Source: Thermoplasmata archaeon
GTDB lineage: Archaea; Thermoplasmatota; Thermoplasmata; Halarchaeoplasmatales; Halarchaeoplasmataceae
Assembly: GCA_003555395.1 (NCBI GenBank)
Contig: PWHU01000077.1
Coordinates: 1 to 51,012 of the forward strand
Direction: 5' to 3'
DNA: 51,012 nt
Part shown: one piece after another, positions 7,528-16,508 of the stretch
How positions within the stretch are numbered: the stretch's first letter is position 1
Layout: each line of letters starts with the position of its first letter
Program-made: the position numbers and the translations under genes
The notes under the pieces: model-generated
What the model was told of the DNA's origin: nothing
The model's input: only the letters and a program-made list of their open reading frames with translations
Database searches by the model: none

Positions 7528-8186
7528 GTGAAGTGAAAGCAGTGCCTATCTCCGACGGCGTCTTCAAGATCGACGGTCGCTATCATACGCTGAATCTCGT
7601 ACCGGGAAGATCCGTTTACGGCGAAGACCTTCTACAACTTGACGACGTAGAGTACAGGCATTGGGATCCGAACCGCAGTAAGCTGGGTGCCTTCTTGGTA
7701 AAGGAAGGGGGCCTTCCTTTCAAATACGATTCTGAAGTACTCTATTTAGGTGCCGGAGACGGTACCACCGTATCTCATCTCTCCGACATACTCACGGACG
7801 GAAAGATATATGCCGTCGAGGTGGCAAAAAATCCTTACCGTAATCTGCTTCAACTTTCCAAGAGAAGGAAAAATATCTTTCCTATAATGGCGGATGCACG
7901 CCGAACCCAGGATTATCGAGACCTAATTAACGAAGTCGATATAGTTTACCAGGATATCGCTCAAAGGGATCAAGTCGAGATATTCATCAAGAACCTTGAC
8001 TTTTTGAAGTTGGATAACCACGGCCTGATAGCAGTAAAATCTAGAAGTATGGAAGTTTCGACCCCGCCAAAAAAGATCTACCAAAAGGTGATGAAGAAAC
8101 TTGAAGATAGGAACTATCAAGTGATGATGCAGGTAGATATATCGAGATGGCAAAAAGACCATGCCGTTCTAGTGGTGGAAAAGTAG
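7524..8186 (+). CDS. flpA: Fibrillarin-like rRNA/tRNA 2'-O-methyltransferase
   Basis: 220 aa with VYGE, YRHWDPNRSKLGA, VLYLGAGDGTTVSHLSDI (SAM site), IYAVEVA, NIFPIMADAR, DIVYQDIAQRDQ, KSRSMEV and KDHAVLVV. Its ATG overlaps the aminotransferase stop (ATGA). Confidence 0.85.
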   Translation: MSEVKAVPISDGVFKIDGRYHTLNLVPGRSVYGEDLLQLDDVEYRHWDPNRSKLGAFLVKEGGLPFKYDSEVLYLGAGDGTTVSHLSDILTDGKIYAVEVAKNPYRNLLQLSKRRKNIFPIMADARRTQDYRDLINEVDIVYQDIAQRDQVEIFIKNLDFLKLDNHGLIAVKSRSMEVSTPPKKIYQKVMKKLEDRNYQVMMQVDISRWQKDHAVLVVEK

Positions 8187-8243
8187 AACTCTTGAGAGGA
8201 TCGCTCAAAAGCTATTTTACACCCTTACCTTTATTTAGGAACG

Positions 8244-8981
8244 ATGATCGACATCTTAAAAGATGAAGAGGAGTTCTACGAAACGATATGGGGAAAGTTA
8301 TTCCTCTTCTTCAATCCCTTCCTTATAGCTGCGTTTTACATCTATCTGCTTCATCTGATCCTATACGATATCACAATATTTTGGATAGTGGGTGGAGCGA
8401 TCCTCACCTATTTCTTTCCACCCGCGGGAAAAGAAAGCGTGATACCCGGGACCATTTTTCTACTTCAGAATAATCACGGCGGTCTTCCCGCTTACTTGGT
8501 GATATTCGTGGTGGCTGGATCCATCGCCTTCGTTGACATAGTCACGTCTTATTTCCTGCTCTGGAACTTTTACATAGCTAAAAAGATCCCGCTCATAGGA
8601 AAATGGATACAAAATTTTCAGGATTACGGTGCAGAAAAGATGAAGCAGAAGGATTGGATAAGAAATCTCGCGTTTCTCGGCGTAGCTGTATTCGTGGTTT
8701 TTCCTTTTCAGGGTAGCGGCGGTGTTGGCGGCTCGATATTGGGTAGGGTCATAGGCATGAACAAATACCGTGCATGGCTGGCGATAATCACTGGCTCGTT
8801 CACCGGCTGTTTTATGATCGGTCTATTGGCATACTACACCGGCGGCGCCATAGTGGACATATTCAAGACCGATGTTTTTGCCGGCATCGGAGCACTCATA
8901 TTAGTTATCGTAGCATTTATATTCCTTTATCACTTCTCAAAGAACCGATTATTCGAGGAGAAAAAGGATGAGAAAGAATAG
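8244..8981 (+). CDS. Polytopic membrane protein (possibly COG2426 / small multidrug export-like family)
   Basis: 245 aa with about 6 hydrophobic helices. The family assignment rests only on overall pattern and is uncertain. Confidence 0.55.
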   Translation: MIDILKDEEEFYETIWGKLFLFFNPFLIAAFYIYLLHLILYDITIFWIVGGAILTYFFPPAGKESVIPGTIFLLQNNHGGLPAYLVIFVVAGSIAFVDIVTSYFLLWNFYIAKKIPLIGKWIQNFQDYGAEKMKQKDWIRNLAFLGVAVFVVFPFQGSGGVGGSILGRVIGMNKYRAWLAIITGSFTGCFMIGLLAYYTGGAIVDIFKTDVFAGIGALILVIVAFIFLYHFSKNRLFEEKKDEKE

Positions 8982-9017
8982 GAGAGTGAGATAATAAAGC
9001 TGAAAGATCGTAATATA

Positions 9018-9959
9018 TTGGTTACGGGTGCGGCTGGATTCATAGGAAGTCATCTTGTAGATGCCCTAGTCGAAGAAAATAAAGTGATCGGCTACGACAA
9101 TCTTTCTTCAGGTAAAAAAGAGATGTTGGAGCATCTTGAGGGTGAGGAGAACTTTGAACTCGTGGTGGGAGACATACTGAACAAAGAAGATCTATCTGAG
9201 CAGATGGAAAGATGCGATATGGTCTTCCATCTAGCTGCTGATCCTGACGTCAGGGTCGGTGCGGAAAATACATACGTCCATCTAGAGCAGAACATCATAG
9301 GCACCTACAACGTGTTGGAATCCATGAGGAAGAAAGGTGTCCGTGATATAGTGTTCACTTCCTCTTCCACGGTCTACGGCGAGACCGACGTGATACCGAC
9401 CCCGGAGGACTTCGGACCCTTGAAACCTATCTCACTCTACGGCTCCTCAAAATTGAGCTGTGAAGCCCTAATCTCTTCTTTCTGTGAAACATTCGATATG
9501 AGATCGGTTTCGTTCAGATTCGCCAACGTGGTTGGCCCGAGAAGTACCCACGGGGTCACCTATGATTTTGTGCATAAATTGAAAGAAGACCCTACGGAAC
9601 TGGAGATATTAGGTGCACCACCAGGTACGAGCAAGTCTTATTTCTATATAGAGGACTGTATCGACGGCATGCTATACGCCACAAAAAATGCAGAGCAGAG
9701 AGTTGAGTTCTTCAATCTGGGTTCGGAGGACTACATAACGGTGAAGCGGATTGCCGATACCGTCTGCAGGGAGCTAGGTTTGGACGATGTAGAGTATAGA
9801 TGGACTGAAGAAACCGGCGGCAGCAAAGGAGGATGGAAGGGAGATGTAGAGGTGATGCACCTTTCTATCGAGAAGATGAAAGAATTGGGTTGGTCGCCGA
9901 ACCATGACAGCGCCGAGGCTATAGCTATGACTGTTAGAGCCTTGACTGACAACTTATAA
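9018..9959 (+). CDS. NAD-dependent epimerase/dehydratase (SDR family, UDP-sugar epimerase-like)
   Basis: Rossmann motif VTGAAGFIGSHLVDAL, catalytic YGSSK (YxxxK) and FRFANVVGPR. The only in-frame canonical-type start after the upstream stop (8979..8981) is TTG 9018; CTG 9000 is an alternative. Confidence 0.85.
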   Translation: MVTGAAGFIGSHLVDALVEENKVIGYDNLSSGKKEMLEHLEGEENFELVVGDILNKEDLSEQMERCDMVFHLAADPDVRVGAENTYVHLEQNIIGTYNVLESMRKKGVRDIVFTSSSTVYGETDVIPTPEDFGPLKPISLYGSSKLSCEALISSFCETFDMRSVSFRFANVVGPRSTHGVTYDFVHKLKEDPTELEILGAPPGTSKSYFYIEDCIDGMLYATKNAEQRVEFFNLGSEDYITVKRIADTVCRELGLDDVEYRWTEETGGSKGGWKGDVEVMHLSIEKMKELGWSPNHDSAEAIAMTVRALTDNL

Positions 9960-10291
9960 AGAAGTGTTACCGAGGTCCTGAAAGGTTCCCACCGCTATCA
10001 TCATATCAGAGCACTCAATATATTGACCGGGTCCGCGACCCACAGGGCTATCAATATGCAACTTACGAAATAGATGTAATAGAGGATATTGTATTTGTAT
10101 TCGCCTAACTTTTCCATCGCTTCTCCCGTCATACGAATTCCTCACTATGTCATACATTTATCAGACAAACATAAGAGTATTCGAGCACATATATATAATT
10201 TGTCCTTCTATCTTACCTCGATCTTCGATAAACAACCCCAAAAAAATATAAGTAGTTAAATCACTATCTTCTTCATATCAGAGGCATCTGA

Positions 10292-10453
10292 ATGGATAAA
10301 AAAATCCACAAAAAAATAGATAAGCACGATGAATCCATCTCCATCGTCGATATCCAGGAGATGATCAGGGAGATTCAAGAAGAGAACCCGGATAGAGAAG
10401 TATTTTTCGATGGAGACGAATATGCTATCTGCAGCAGGAAAAAGGAAGGATGA
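10292..10453 (+). CDS. Small hypothetical protein (53 aa)
   Basis: Below the track cut-off; my own translation: MDKKIHKKIDKHDESISIVDIQEMIREIQEENPDREVFFDGDEYAICSRKKEG. Its acidic composition matches the neighbouring genes. An A/T-rich TATA-like stretch lies about 35-50 nt upstream, and the stop is 3 nt before the ipk start. Confidence 0.35.
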   Translation: MDKKIHKKIDKHDESISIVDIQEMIREIQEENPDREVFFDGDEYAICSRKKEG

Positions 10454-10456
10454 CCC

Positions 10457-11209
10457 TTGATTCTGATCAAATTAGGCGGAAGCGTTTTGACTAACAAAGA
10501 TAGAAAATATTCATTCAGGACTCGTACAGCTGAAAGGCTGATCCAGGAGATAAAGGAAAGTGAAGTTGAAGAGTATGTGATAGTACACGGGGGCGGCAGC
10601 TTCGGCCATCCGGGCGCGGAGGAATACGGACTGAATTCGATAGAACCTAAAAGGCCCGCCGAAGGTATGGCTAAAGTCCAATTGGATATGAGGCGGTTGA
10701 ACAACAGGCTACTAGAGATGATGCTGGACCATGGGATATGGGGCATATCCATACCCGGAGGTCTGATAACGATATTTGACGAGGGCGAACTTCACGAAAT
10801 AGATCACGAGATCGTCAGACGATACCTTTCCTTGGGAACGGTTCCCGTGGCTTTCGGCGACGTTACCATCGATAAGAAGAGAGGTATCACCATATGTTCG
10901 GGAGACGATATAATGAAGGGTTTATCAGAATTTGCTGATAGAGCCGTCTTCGTCAGCGATGTAGACGGCATTTACAAGGAAGGCGAGTTGATTAAACTAT
11001 TCAAGGAAGATATGCTGCCATTGGAAAAAAACGATCTTCTCGACCATGAAACCACCGTGGATGTAACGGGCGGTATGAACCGGAAGGTAGAAAAGATGAT
11101 GGAGATATCGGATGAAGCGGAAACCCATATTATAAACGGTGATGTTAAAGGTAGGCTGAAAAACATATTAGATCAGGAAGAAGTCGTCGGAACGGAGGTG
11201 AAAAGATGA
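10457..11209 (+). CDS. ipk: Isopentenyl phosphate kinase
   Basis: Amino-acid-kinase fold motifs IKLGGSVLT, VIVHGGGSFGH, ICSGDDI, VSDVDGIY and DVTGGM. The TTG start is the first codon after an in-frame stop. Confidence 0.85.
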   Translation: MILIKLGGSVLTNKDRKYSFRTRTAERLIQEIKESEVEEYVIVHGGGSFGHPGAEEYGLNSIEPKRPAEGMAKVQLDMRRLNNRLLEMMLDHGIWGISIPGGLITIFDEGELHEIDHEIVRRYLSLGTVPVAFGDVTIDKKRGITICSGDDIMKGLSEFADRAVFVSDVDGIYKEGELIKLFKEDMLPLEKNDLLDHETTVDVTGGMNRKVEKMMEISDEAETHIINGDVKGRLKNILDQEEVVGTEVKR

Positions 11210-12249
11210 TCGAATCTAGAAAAAAGGATCATATCGATATATGTTTGAACGAAGACGTTGAGATCAAAAAAAATTACTGGGATGAAATCAAACTTTATCA
11301 CCAGTCGGCACCCGAGATAAATATAGATGATATATCGATCAGGACTAACTTTTTAGGCAGAAGGCTTGAAGCGCCGATAATGATAGCGGGTATAACTGGT
11401 GGTTACGAAGGAGCAAAGGGATTTAATAAAAGGTTGGCAGAGACTGCTGAGAAGACGGGGATAGGTCTAGGAGTGGGCAGTCAAAGACCCGCCTTGGAAG
11501 ACGAGAGATTGAGAGACAGCTACGAATTGCTGGCGGAATTTTCCCCTCCACTTGTAGTGGGCAACATAGGCGCGCCGCAGTTGATAAGCCAAGACGGCGA
11601 AAAGCCCTTTGGAGTATCTGAAGCGAAGGAAGCTTTGAAGATGATAGACGGGGATCATCTCGCGGTACATTTCAACTATCTTCAAGAGGCGGTACAGCCG
11701 GAAGGCGATCTGAAATCAAAAGGAGTTCTCAACGCTTTAAAAAACATATCTAAAAAAGTCCCCACCATAGCTAAAGAAACCGGAGCCGGCATGTCTCCCG
11801 AGATGGCGATGAAATTCCGAGATTCTAGGGTTGAAGCCATAGATGTAGGGGGCATGGGAGGTACGTCTTTCTCCGCTGTAGAAGCTCACCGTATCGAAGA
11901 CGACGATAATATCAAATATATCGCGGAAGACCTGAGAGAGTGGGGGATCCCGACGCCGGTATCCATAGTGAAGTGTAGGGGCTCTGTATCTCTTCCGTTG
12001 ATCGCAACAGGAGGTATACGTAACGGCCTCCAGATAGCTAAAGCACTGGTACTAGGGGCCGATATAGTGGGTATCGCGGGAGGCATACTCCCTGAGATAG
12101 GTAAAGGCGAGAAAGCCGCCGTAGAATACATTGAAAGGTTAAAATACGAGTTGAAACTGACCATGTTCCTGCTGGGCTGCGAAGATGTTAAAGACCTCTT
12201 CGACATAAACAGGGTCATAACCGGCGAGCTAAAAAGCTGGCTTAGTTAA
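11206..12249 (+). CDS. fni: Isopentenyl-diphosphate delta-isomerase, type 2 (FMN-dependent)
   Basis: RKKDHIDICL, APIMIAGITGG, GLGVGSQR, AVHFNYLQE, IAKETGAG, IDVGGMGGTSF and ATGGIRNGLQIAKALVLGAD. Overlaps the ipk stop by 4 nt. Confidence 0.9.
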   Translation: MIESRKKDHIDICLNEDVEIKKNYWDEIKLYHQSAPEINIDDISIRTNFLGRRLEAPIMIAGITGGYEGAKGFNKRLAETAEKTGIGLGVGSQRPALEDERLRDSYELLAEFSPPLVVGNIGAPQLISQDGEKPFGVSEAKEALKMIDGDHLAVHFNYLQEAVQPEGDLKSKGVLNALKNISKKVPTIAKETGAGMSPEMAMKFRDSRVEAIDVGGMGGTSFSAVEAHRIEDDDNIKYIAEDLREWGIPTPVSIVKCRGSVSLPLIATGGIRNGLQIAKALVLGADIVGIAGGILPEIGKGEKAAVEYIERLKYELKLTMFLLGCEDVKDLFDINRVITGELKSWLS

Positions 12250-12275
12250 TATACGAGTATAGGAGCGTGCATTTC

Positions 12276-13259
12276 ATGTCATTTATAGAGGAACTGAAAA
12301 AAAGAAAGAGCGATGTTGACGAAGCCATAACTCACATGTTTCAGAAGGAAAAAGCGCATCCGCTGTGGGGCCACATGGCGTATTATCCGGAAGCTGGGGG
12401 TAAGAAGCTTCGACCCTTTTTGGCCATGATCACCGCGGCGGCCTTCGGCGAAGACGAAGATAAAGCCATCCCTTACGGGGTAGCTATCGAACTGGTCCAT
12501 AATTTTACACTTGTCCACGACGATATAATGGATAAAGACGAGAAGAGAAGGGGTAGAAAGACGCTTCACAAAAAGATAGGAGAGCCCCGGGCGATAAACG
12601 CTGGAGACGGTCTTTTCGCTCTAGCGTTCAAAAAACTAGTGGAGATAGATGTCGAGGGGGAAACATTGAGAAGACTCCTGGATGAATTATCCACCTCCGT
12701 GGTGAAAGTAGCGGAAGGCCAGGAAGAGGATATCAGCTTTGAAGGTAGTTACGAGATAAGCGAAGAAGACTTCATAGAGATGATAGAAAAGAAGACGAGT
12801 TACCTTTTTAGAGCCGCAACACGAGGAGGCGCTATCATCGGAGGTGGAGACGAGAAACAGGTAGAAGAGATGGGTGAGTACGCTAGAAAGATGGGCATCG
12901 CTTTCCAGATACAGGATGATTATTTAGATCTTATAGGTGAAGAAGATAAGATAGGAAAAGATGTAGGCAGCGATATAAAGGAAGGGAAAAGGACCTTGAT
13001 GGTCATAAAGTCTCTTAACGAATTGCCTTCCGATGATAAGGAAAGGTTGATAGAGATATTGGAGGAAGAAGAAAATACCGATGTGGAGGTAAGAGAGGCC
13101 ATAGGACTTTTAGAAAAAGCCGGAGCTATAGAGTATTCTAGAGAATTGGCTGAAGAATATGCGCAGCAGGCCAAAGAGCATCTGCGGCTCATCCCGGATG
13201 GAGAACATAAGGATATTCTAGAAGGTCTCGTTGATTATATAATATCGAGAGATAAATAG
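12276..13259 (+). CDS. idsA: Geranylgeranyl diphosphate synthase (short-chain trans-prenyltransferase)
   Basis: First aspartate-rich motif LVHDDIMDKD and second FQIQDDYLD, plus GGKKLRP and GKRTL. ATG 12276 has an AGGAG 10 nt upstream; GTG 12267 is the track start. Confidence 0.85.
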   Translation: MSFIEELKKRKSDVDEAITHMFQKEKAHPLWGHMAYYPEAGGKKLRPFLAMITAAAFGEDEDKAIPYGVAIELVHNFTLVHDDIMDKDEKRRGRKTLHKKIGEPRAINAGDGLFALAFKKLVEIDVEGETLRRLLDELSTSVVKVAEGQEEDISFEGSYEISEEDFIEMIEKKTSYLFRAATRGGAIIGGGDEKQVEEMGEYARKMGIAFQIQDDYLDLIGEEDKIGKDVGSDIKEGKRTLMVIKSLNELPSDDKERLIEILEEEENTDVEVREAIGLLEKAGAIEYSRELAEEYAQQAKEHLRLIPDGEHKDILEGLVDYIISRDK

Positions 13260-13267
13260 TCGTAATT

Positions 13268-13798
13268 CTATTTAGTGAGCATATCTCTAGCGGAGTATAG
13301 AGCTATCATGGTGTGAGGATGTGTTAGTTTTCCTTCTTCTAAAAGTTCGTAGGCCTTTTCTATCTTCAATGGAAAGATCTCGATGTCCTCGCCTTCGTCG
13401 TGTTCCACCTCTCCTACTTTTTCCGCTTCACCCACGTAAAGGTGTGCCTTCTGATCGTTCAGACTCGCCACGGGGTGGTATTCATTTATCTTTTCACACC
13501 ATTTGAGCCCGTAACCGGTCTCTTCTCTCAATTCTCTTCCTGCGGCTTCTTCTGGAGATTCGTCTGGCTCGATGAAACCAGCGGGTATCTCTATCACCTT
13601 CTTGTCTATAGGATATCTGTAATTTTTTACTAAGATAAGTCTATCTTCTACTTTTGGAAGCACTCCGGCGAAGTCAGGGAGTTCCAGCATGGTATAGGTT
13701 TTTTCCGTCCCATCCGGGAGGACCACCTCGTCTTCTACAAGGGTAAAAAACGTCGAGTGTGTCACCGTTCTAGAATCTTTTTTCTTCCATCGAGACAT
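13268..13798 (-). CDS. Nudix hydrolase (ADP-ribose pyrophosphatase-like)
   Basis: Nudix box GFIEPDESPEEAAGRELREETGY in a 176-aa protein. Confidence 0.85.
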   Translation of the reverse strand: MSRWKKKDSRTVTHSTFFTLVEDEVVLPDGTEKTYTMLELPDFAGVLPKVEDRLILVKNYRYPIDKKVIEIPAGFIEPDESPEEAAGRELREETGYGLKWCEKINEYHPVASLNDQKAHLYVGEAEKVGEVEHDEGEDIEIFPLKIEKAYELLEEGKLTHPHTMIALYSARDMLTK

Positions 13799-13833
13799 GA
13801 TACTGTAACAGAACAGGACGTATTTTTATTTGT

Positions 13834-14493
13834 TCACGCTAAGAAGATAGCCTCTATCAAAAAAGCGATACCCAGGATCAAGAATACGGCCGAAGTGACG
13901 AGATCTAATTTTCTACTCTTTATGGTCTTGCCGAGTTTAGCCCCCAGTATAACACTGATCCCTATTACTGCGATGAAGGCCAGCACGGCACCTGTGAATA
14001 CGGACAACGGTGCAGCGTATGTAGCTGCAAAAGCCATCACTACGAATTGAGTTTTATCCCCCAATTCCGAGATGAAGGAAAGAAAAAAAGAGGATGCTAC
14101 GGTCTTCCTTTTCCTCCTTCTAGTCCTTTTTTTCATCCCTATTTTCTTTTTCTTTTCCCGTCTATCTTTTTTATCATCGAGGTATTGAGAAGATAGCAGG
14201 GTGTAAACACCAAAAAAGATAAAGGTGATAGATGCGAACAATTTTACATAAAACAAAGGAACGAACTGGAATATGATGGTGCCTATAGTGACGCCTATCA
14301 GAGTTATTACCGCCAATCCGGTTATGACACCCATGAATACGCTCTTTTCTTCATACCTGGAAGCCAAAGAAACGGCCAAGATCTGACTCTTATCACCTAA
14401 CTCGGCTAGAGCTACGGATGAAAACACTATCGCGATTATCAGGTACCACGGCATCGTATATCGTTTACGTTGCGAGTATAAATTACTTGTCAT
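13834..14493 (-). CDS. UPF0016 (GDT1/TMEM165) family cation transporter
   Basis: It has two copies of the family signature E-x-G-D-K-[ST] (ELGDKSQ and ELGDKTQ), each opening a three-helix half. A polybasic loop (DDKKDRREKKKKIGMKKRTRRRKRKT) separates them. ATG 14454 (MPWYLII) is an alternative start. Confidence 0.8.
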   Translation of the reverse strand: MTSNLYSQRKRYTMPWYLIIAIVFSSVALAELGDKSQILAVSLASRYEEKSVFMGVITGLAVITLIGVTIGTIIFQFVPLFYVKLFASITFIFFGVYTLLSSQYLDDKKDRREKKKKIGMKKRTRRRKRKTVASSFFLSFISELGDKTQFVVMAFAATYAAPLSVFTGAVLAFIAVIGISVILGAKLGKTIKSRKLDLVTSAVFLILGIAFLIEAIFLA

Positions 14494-14574
14494 CTCTACC
14501 TCAAACCCACCATATATAAAAAAAGGAGGATTAGATTTATAACCGATGCCTTTATCCTAAATACAGGTGTCCCC

Positions 14575-15609
14575 TTGAAGATATCACCTTTGGTCTCACG
14601 GCCTCATCACGTTCATTTCTATCAGAATTTGATAAAGGAGCTTAAAGAAGAGGGCCATGAAATCCTGTTGTTCCATACTGGTAATGAGCTGACCCGGGAG
14701 CTTTTGGAGCCGCTGGGCATAGATAATAAGGTATTCGGTAGACTCATCGATAGAAGAGTCACAAAGCTCGTTTCTTCGCTCTACACTAAAACATCACTTC
14801 TAAGGGGATTGAAGAGCTTTGAGCCCGATCTTATCCTATCGGTCAACGGACTTCCCCCTTCACCTTTCAATTCACTCATAGATGTGCCGACCGTCGTATT
14901 TTTAGATACGGAACCGCACCACATGGAAGAATATCTGCTGTTCAATTATGCAAGTAACATAGTAACTCCCGACTGTTATCACGCCGACGTGCCTAAAAAG
15001 AAACACTTGGAACACCCGAGTTACCACTCCCTAGCTTATCTTCATCCTAACTGGTTCACGCCGGACAAGAGGGTCCTTAAAGAACTCGATCTCGAACCTA
15101 AAAATTATGTGGTAGCTAGTTTCAGCAAGTATATAGAAAAGAAGATCGACCTTAAAAGACATCCGTTGAGGAGAAGGCAGATCATAGACATGGTGAGAGA
15201 CCTAGGAGATCATTGTAAAGTGTTCGTAGACGAGAGAAGTTATGTCCCCTCGCCTTTGAAAGATCACTGCCCCGATATACATCCTTCAAAATATCTAGAT
15301 CTTTTAGCTAACGCGGCATTGGTGATAGGCGATCATCCCGTGGTTTCCGCCGAAGCCGGAGTCCTCGGCACGCCCTGGATATACATATCCAATTATTCCA
15401 CCTTTACACTAGAAGATCAGGAACTGCACTATGAGATAGGTAGTCAAGTTCCTACAGTAGAGGAAGGTGAAGAACTCGCGGAGATGATATTGACAGGGGA
15501 ATTGGAACTTGACGTTGATAAAAGCCGAAAAAAGATATTAAGAGATAAGACCGACCTTACCAGTTGGATGCTCAAATTGGTGAAAACGTTGAGATCATCA
15601 TACGAGTAG
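14575..15609 (+). CDS. DUF354 family protein (glycosyltransferase-like fold)
   Basis: 344 aa starting at TTG. The N-terminus (RPHHVHFYQNLIKELKEEGHEILLF) and overall length resemble archaeal DUF354 proteins. The assignment is by pattern only. Confidence 0.6.
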   Translation: MKISPLVSRPHHVHFYQNLIKELKEEGHEILLFHTGNELTRELLEPLGIDNKVFGRLIDRRVTKLVSSLYTKTSLLRGLKSFEPDLILSVNGLPPSPFNSLIDVPTVVFLDTEPHHMEEYLLFNYASNIVTPDCYHADVPKKKHLEHPSYHSLAYLHPNWFTPDKRVLKELDLEPKNYVVASFSKYIEKKIDLKRHPLRRRQIIDMVRDLGDHCKVFVDERSYVPSPLKDHCPDIHPSKYLDLLANAALVIGDHPVVSAEAGVLGTPWIYISNYSTFTLEDQELHYEIGSQVPTVEEGEELAEMILTGELELDVDKSRKKILRDKTDLTSWMLKLVKTLRSSYE

Positions 15610-15640
15610 CACTTTAAAAATTAGAAGAAAAGTGGTTTTT
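15610..15640 (+). terminator. Stem-loop plus T-run after the DUF354 gene
   Basis: CACTTT (15610..15615) pairs with AAAGTG (15629..15634), followed by GTTTTT. Confidence 0.3.
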
Positions 15641-15814
15641 ACCCCTTCACAGGTCGAGGGCGTCTCTTTCTCCATCATAGGTCTTTAAACTCCTGCGTAT
15701 ATGGGCTTTGAGACAGAATATAATAATTTTTCAAGTAGGTATACTTAGTTATCGCGAAAGCCCTTCTGCTGGCCCCACTATTGATTAACCGATCGCAATT
15801 CCAAGCGATATTAT

Positions 15815-15973
15815 ATGGGTTGGCGGAAGAAGAGACTGCTAGAGATGAAGCCACGTTTGAGAAGGAGAAATACTCATGTTCACAAAGCGAACGCTTACCA
15901 TGATCATGATCTCTATCTTGCTCATATCGACATAGAGAAAGAGTTAGGAGATAGACGACAGCGTAAAAGATAA
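15815..15973 (+). CDS. Small arginine-rich hypothetical protein (52 aa)
   Basis: My own translation: MGWRKKRLLEMKPRLRRRNTHVHKANAYHDHDLYLAHIDIEKELGDRRQRKR. It is the only open frame in a 402-nt gap. Its strongly basic composition is atypical for this window, so coding status is doubtful. Confidence 0.25.
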   Translation: MGWRKKRLLEMKPRLRRRNTHVHKANAYHDHDLYLAHIDIEKELGDRRQRKR

Positions 15974-16020
15974 GTTGGTAGAGGCTATAGAAAGAAGAGC
16001 ATGATATCGGAGTGAGTGAG

Positions 16021-16452
16021 ATGGAAGAAGAGGATGAAAGAAAAGTTATAGTGACTGAAGAGGATTTTCAACTGGACGAGTTGAAAGAAAGGATATGGTC
16101 AAAGGAGGACGGCGCCATCTCTATATTCAACGGCGTGGTTAGAAATGAAAATAGAGGAAAGATAGTAAAAAGATTGGAACTCCAGCGGTATGAGGGCATG
16201 ACCGGATCTGAGTTGGATAAAGTGAGAGAGGAGGCGGTCAACAACTTCGAAGTGAACGATATTTTGTTGGTGCACAGATACGGCGAGTTGGAAGTAGGGG
16301 CGAATATCGTCGGCATAGTGGTCACCGCTCCTCACCGTGAGGAAGCCTTCGAAGCCTGCAGGTACTGTATCGACAGGATAAAGGAGAAAGTCCCTATCTG
16401 GAAGAAGGAGACCACCGAAAAGAACGGATCTGAATGGCTGAAAGGAAAGTGA
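16021..16452 (+). CDS. moaE: Molybdopterin synthase catalytic subunit
   Basis: GAISIFNGVVRN, LELQRYEGM, LLVHRYGELEVGANIV, VVTAPHREEAFEACRYCIDRIKEKVPIWKKE. GTG 16012 is an alternative start. Confidence 0.8.
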   Translation: MEEEDERKVIVTEEDFQLDELKERIWSKEDGAISIFNGVVRNENRGKIVKRLELQRYEGMTGSELDKVREEAVNNFEVNDILLVHRYGELEVGANIVGIVVTAPHREEAFEACRYCIDRIKEKVPIWKKETTEKNGSEWLKGK

Positions 16453-16508
16453 AAACGATCAAAAATAACGATTTCAATTTTCGAAGTAGCTTTTGAATCT
16501 ATTGACTA

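Noticed and set aside
9954-10157. 67-aa minus-strand track ORF, and an overlapping 43-aa hydrophobic ORF (10001..10132, MTGEAMEKLGEYKYNILYYIYFVSCILIALWVADPVNILSALI).
   Set aside because: The 67-aa ORF has no motif and an odd composition. The 43-aa peptide could be a one-TM micro-protein, but it has no clear promoter or SD motif and cannot be supported from sequence alone.
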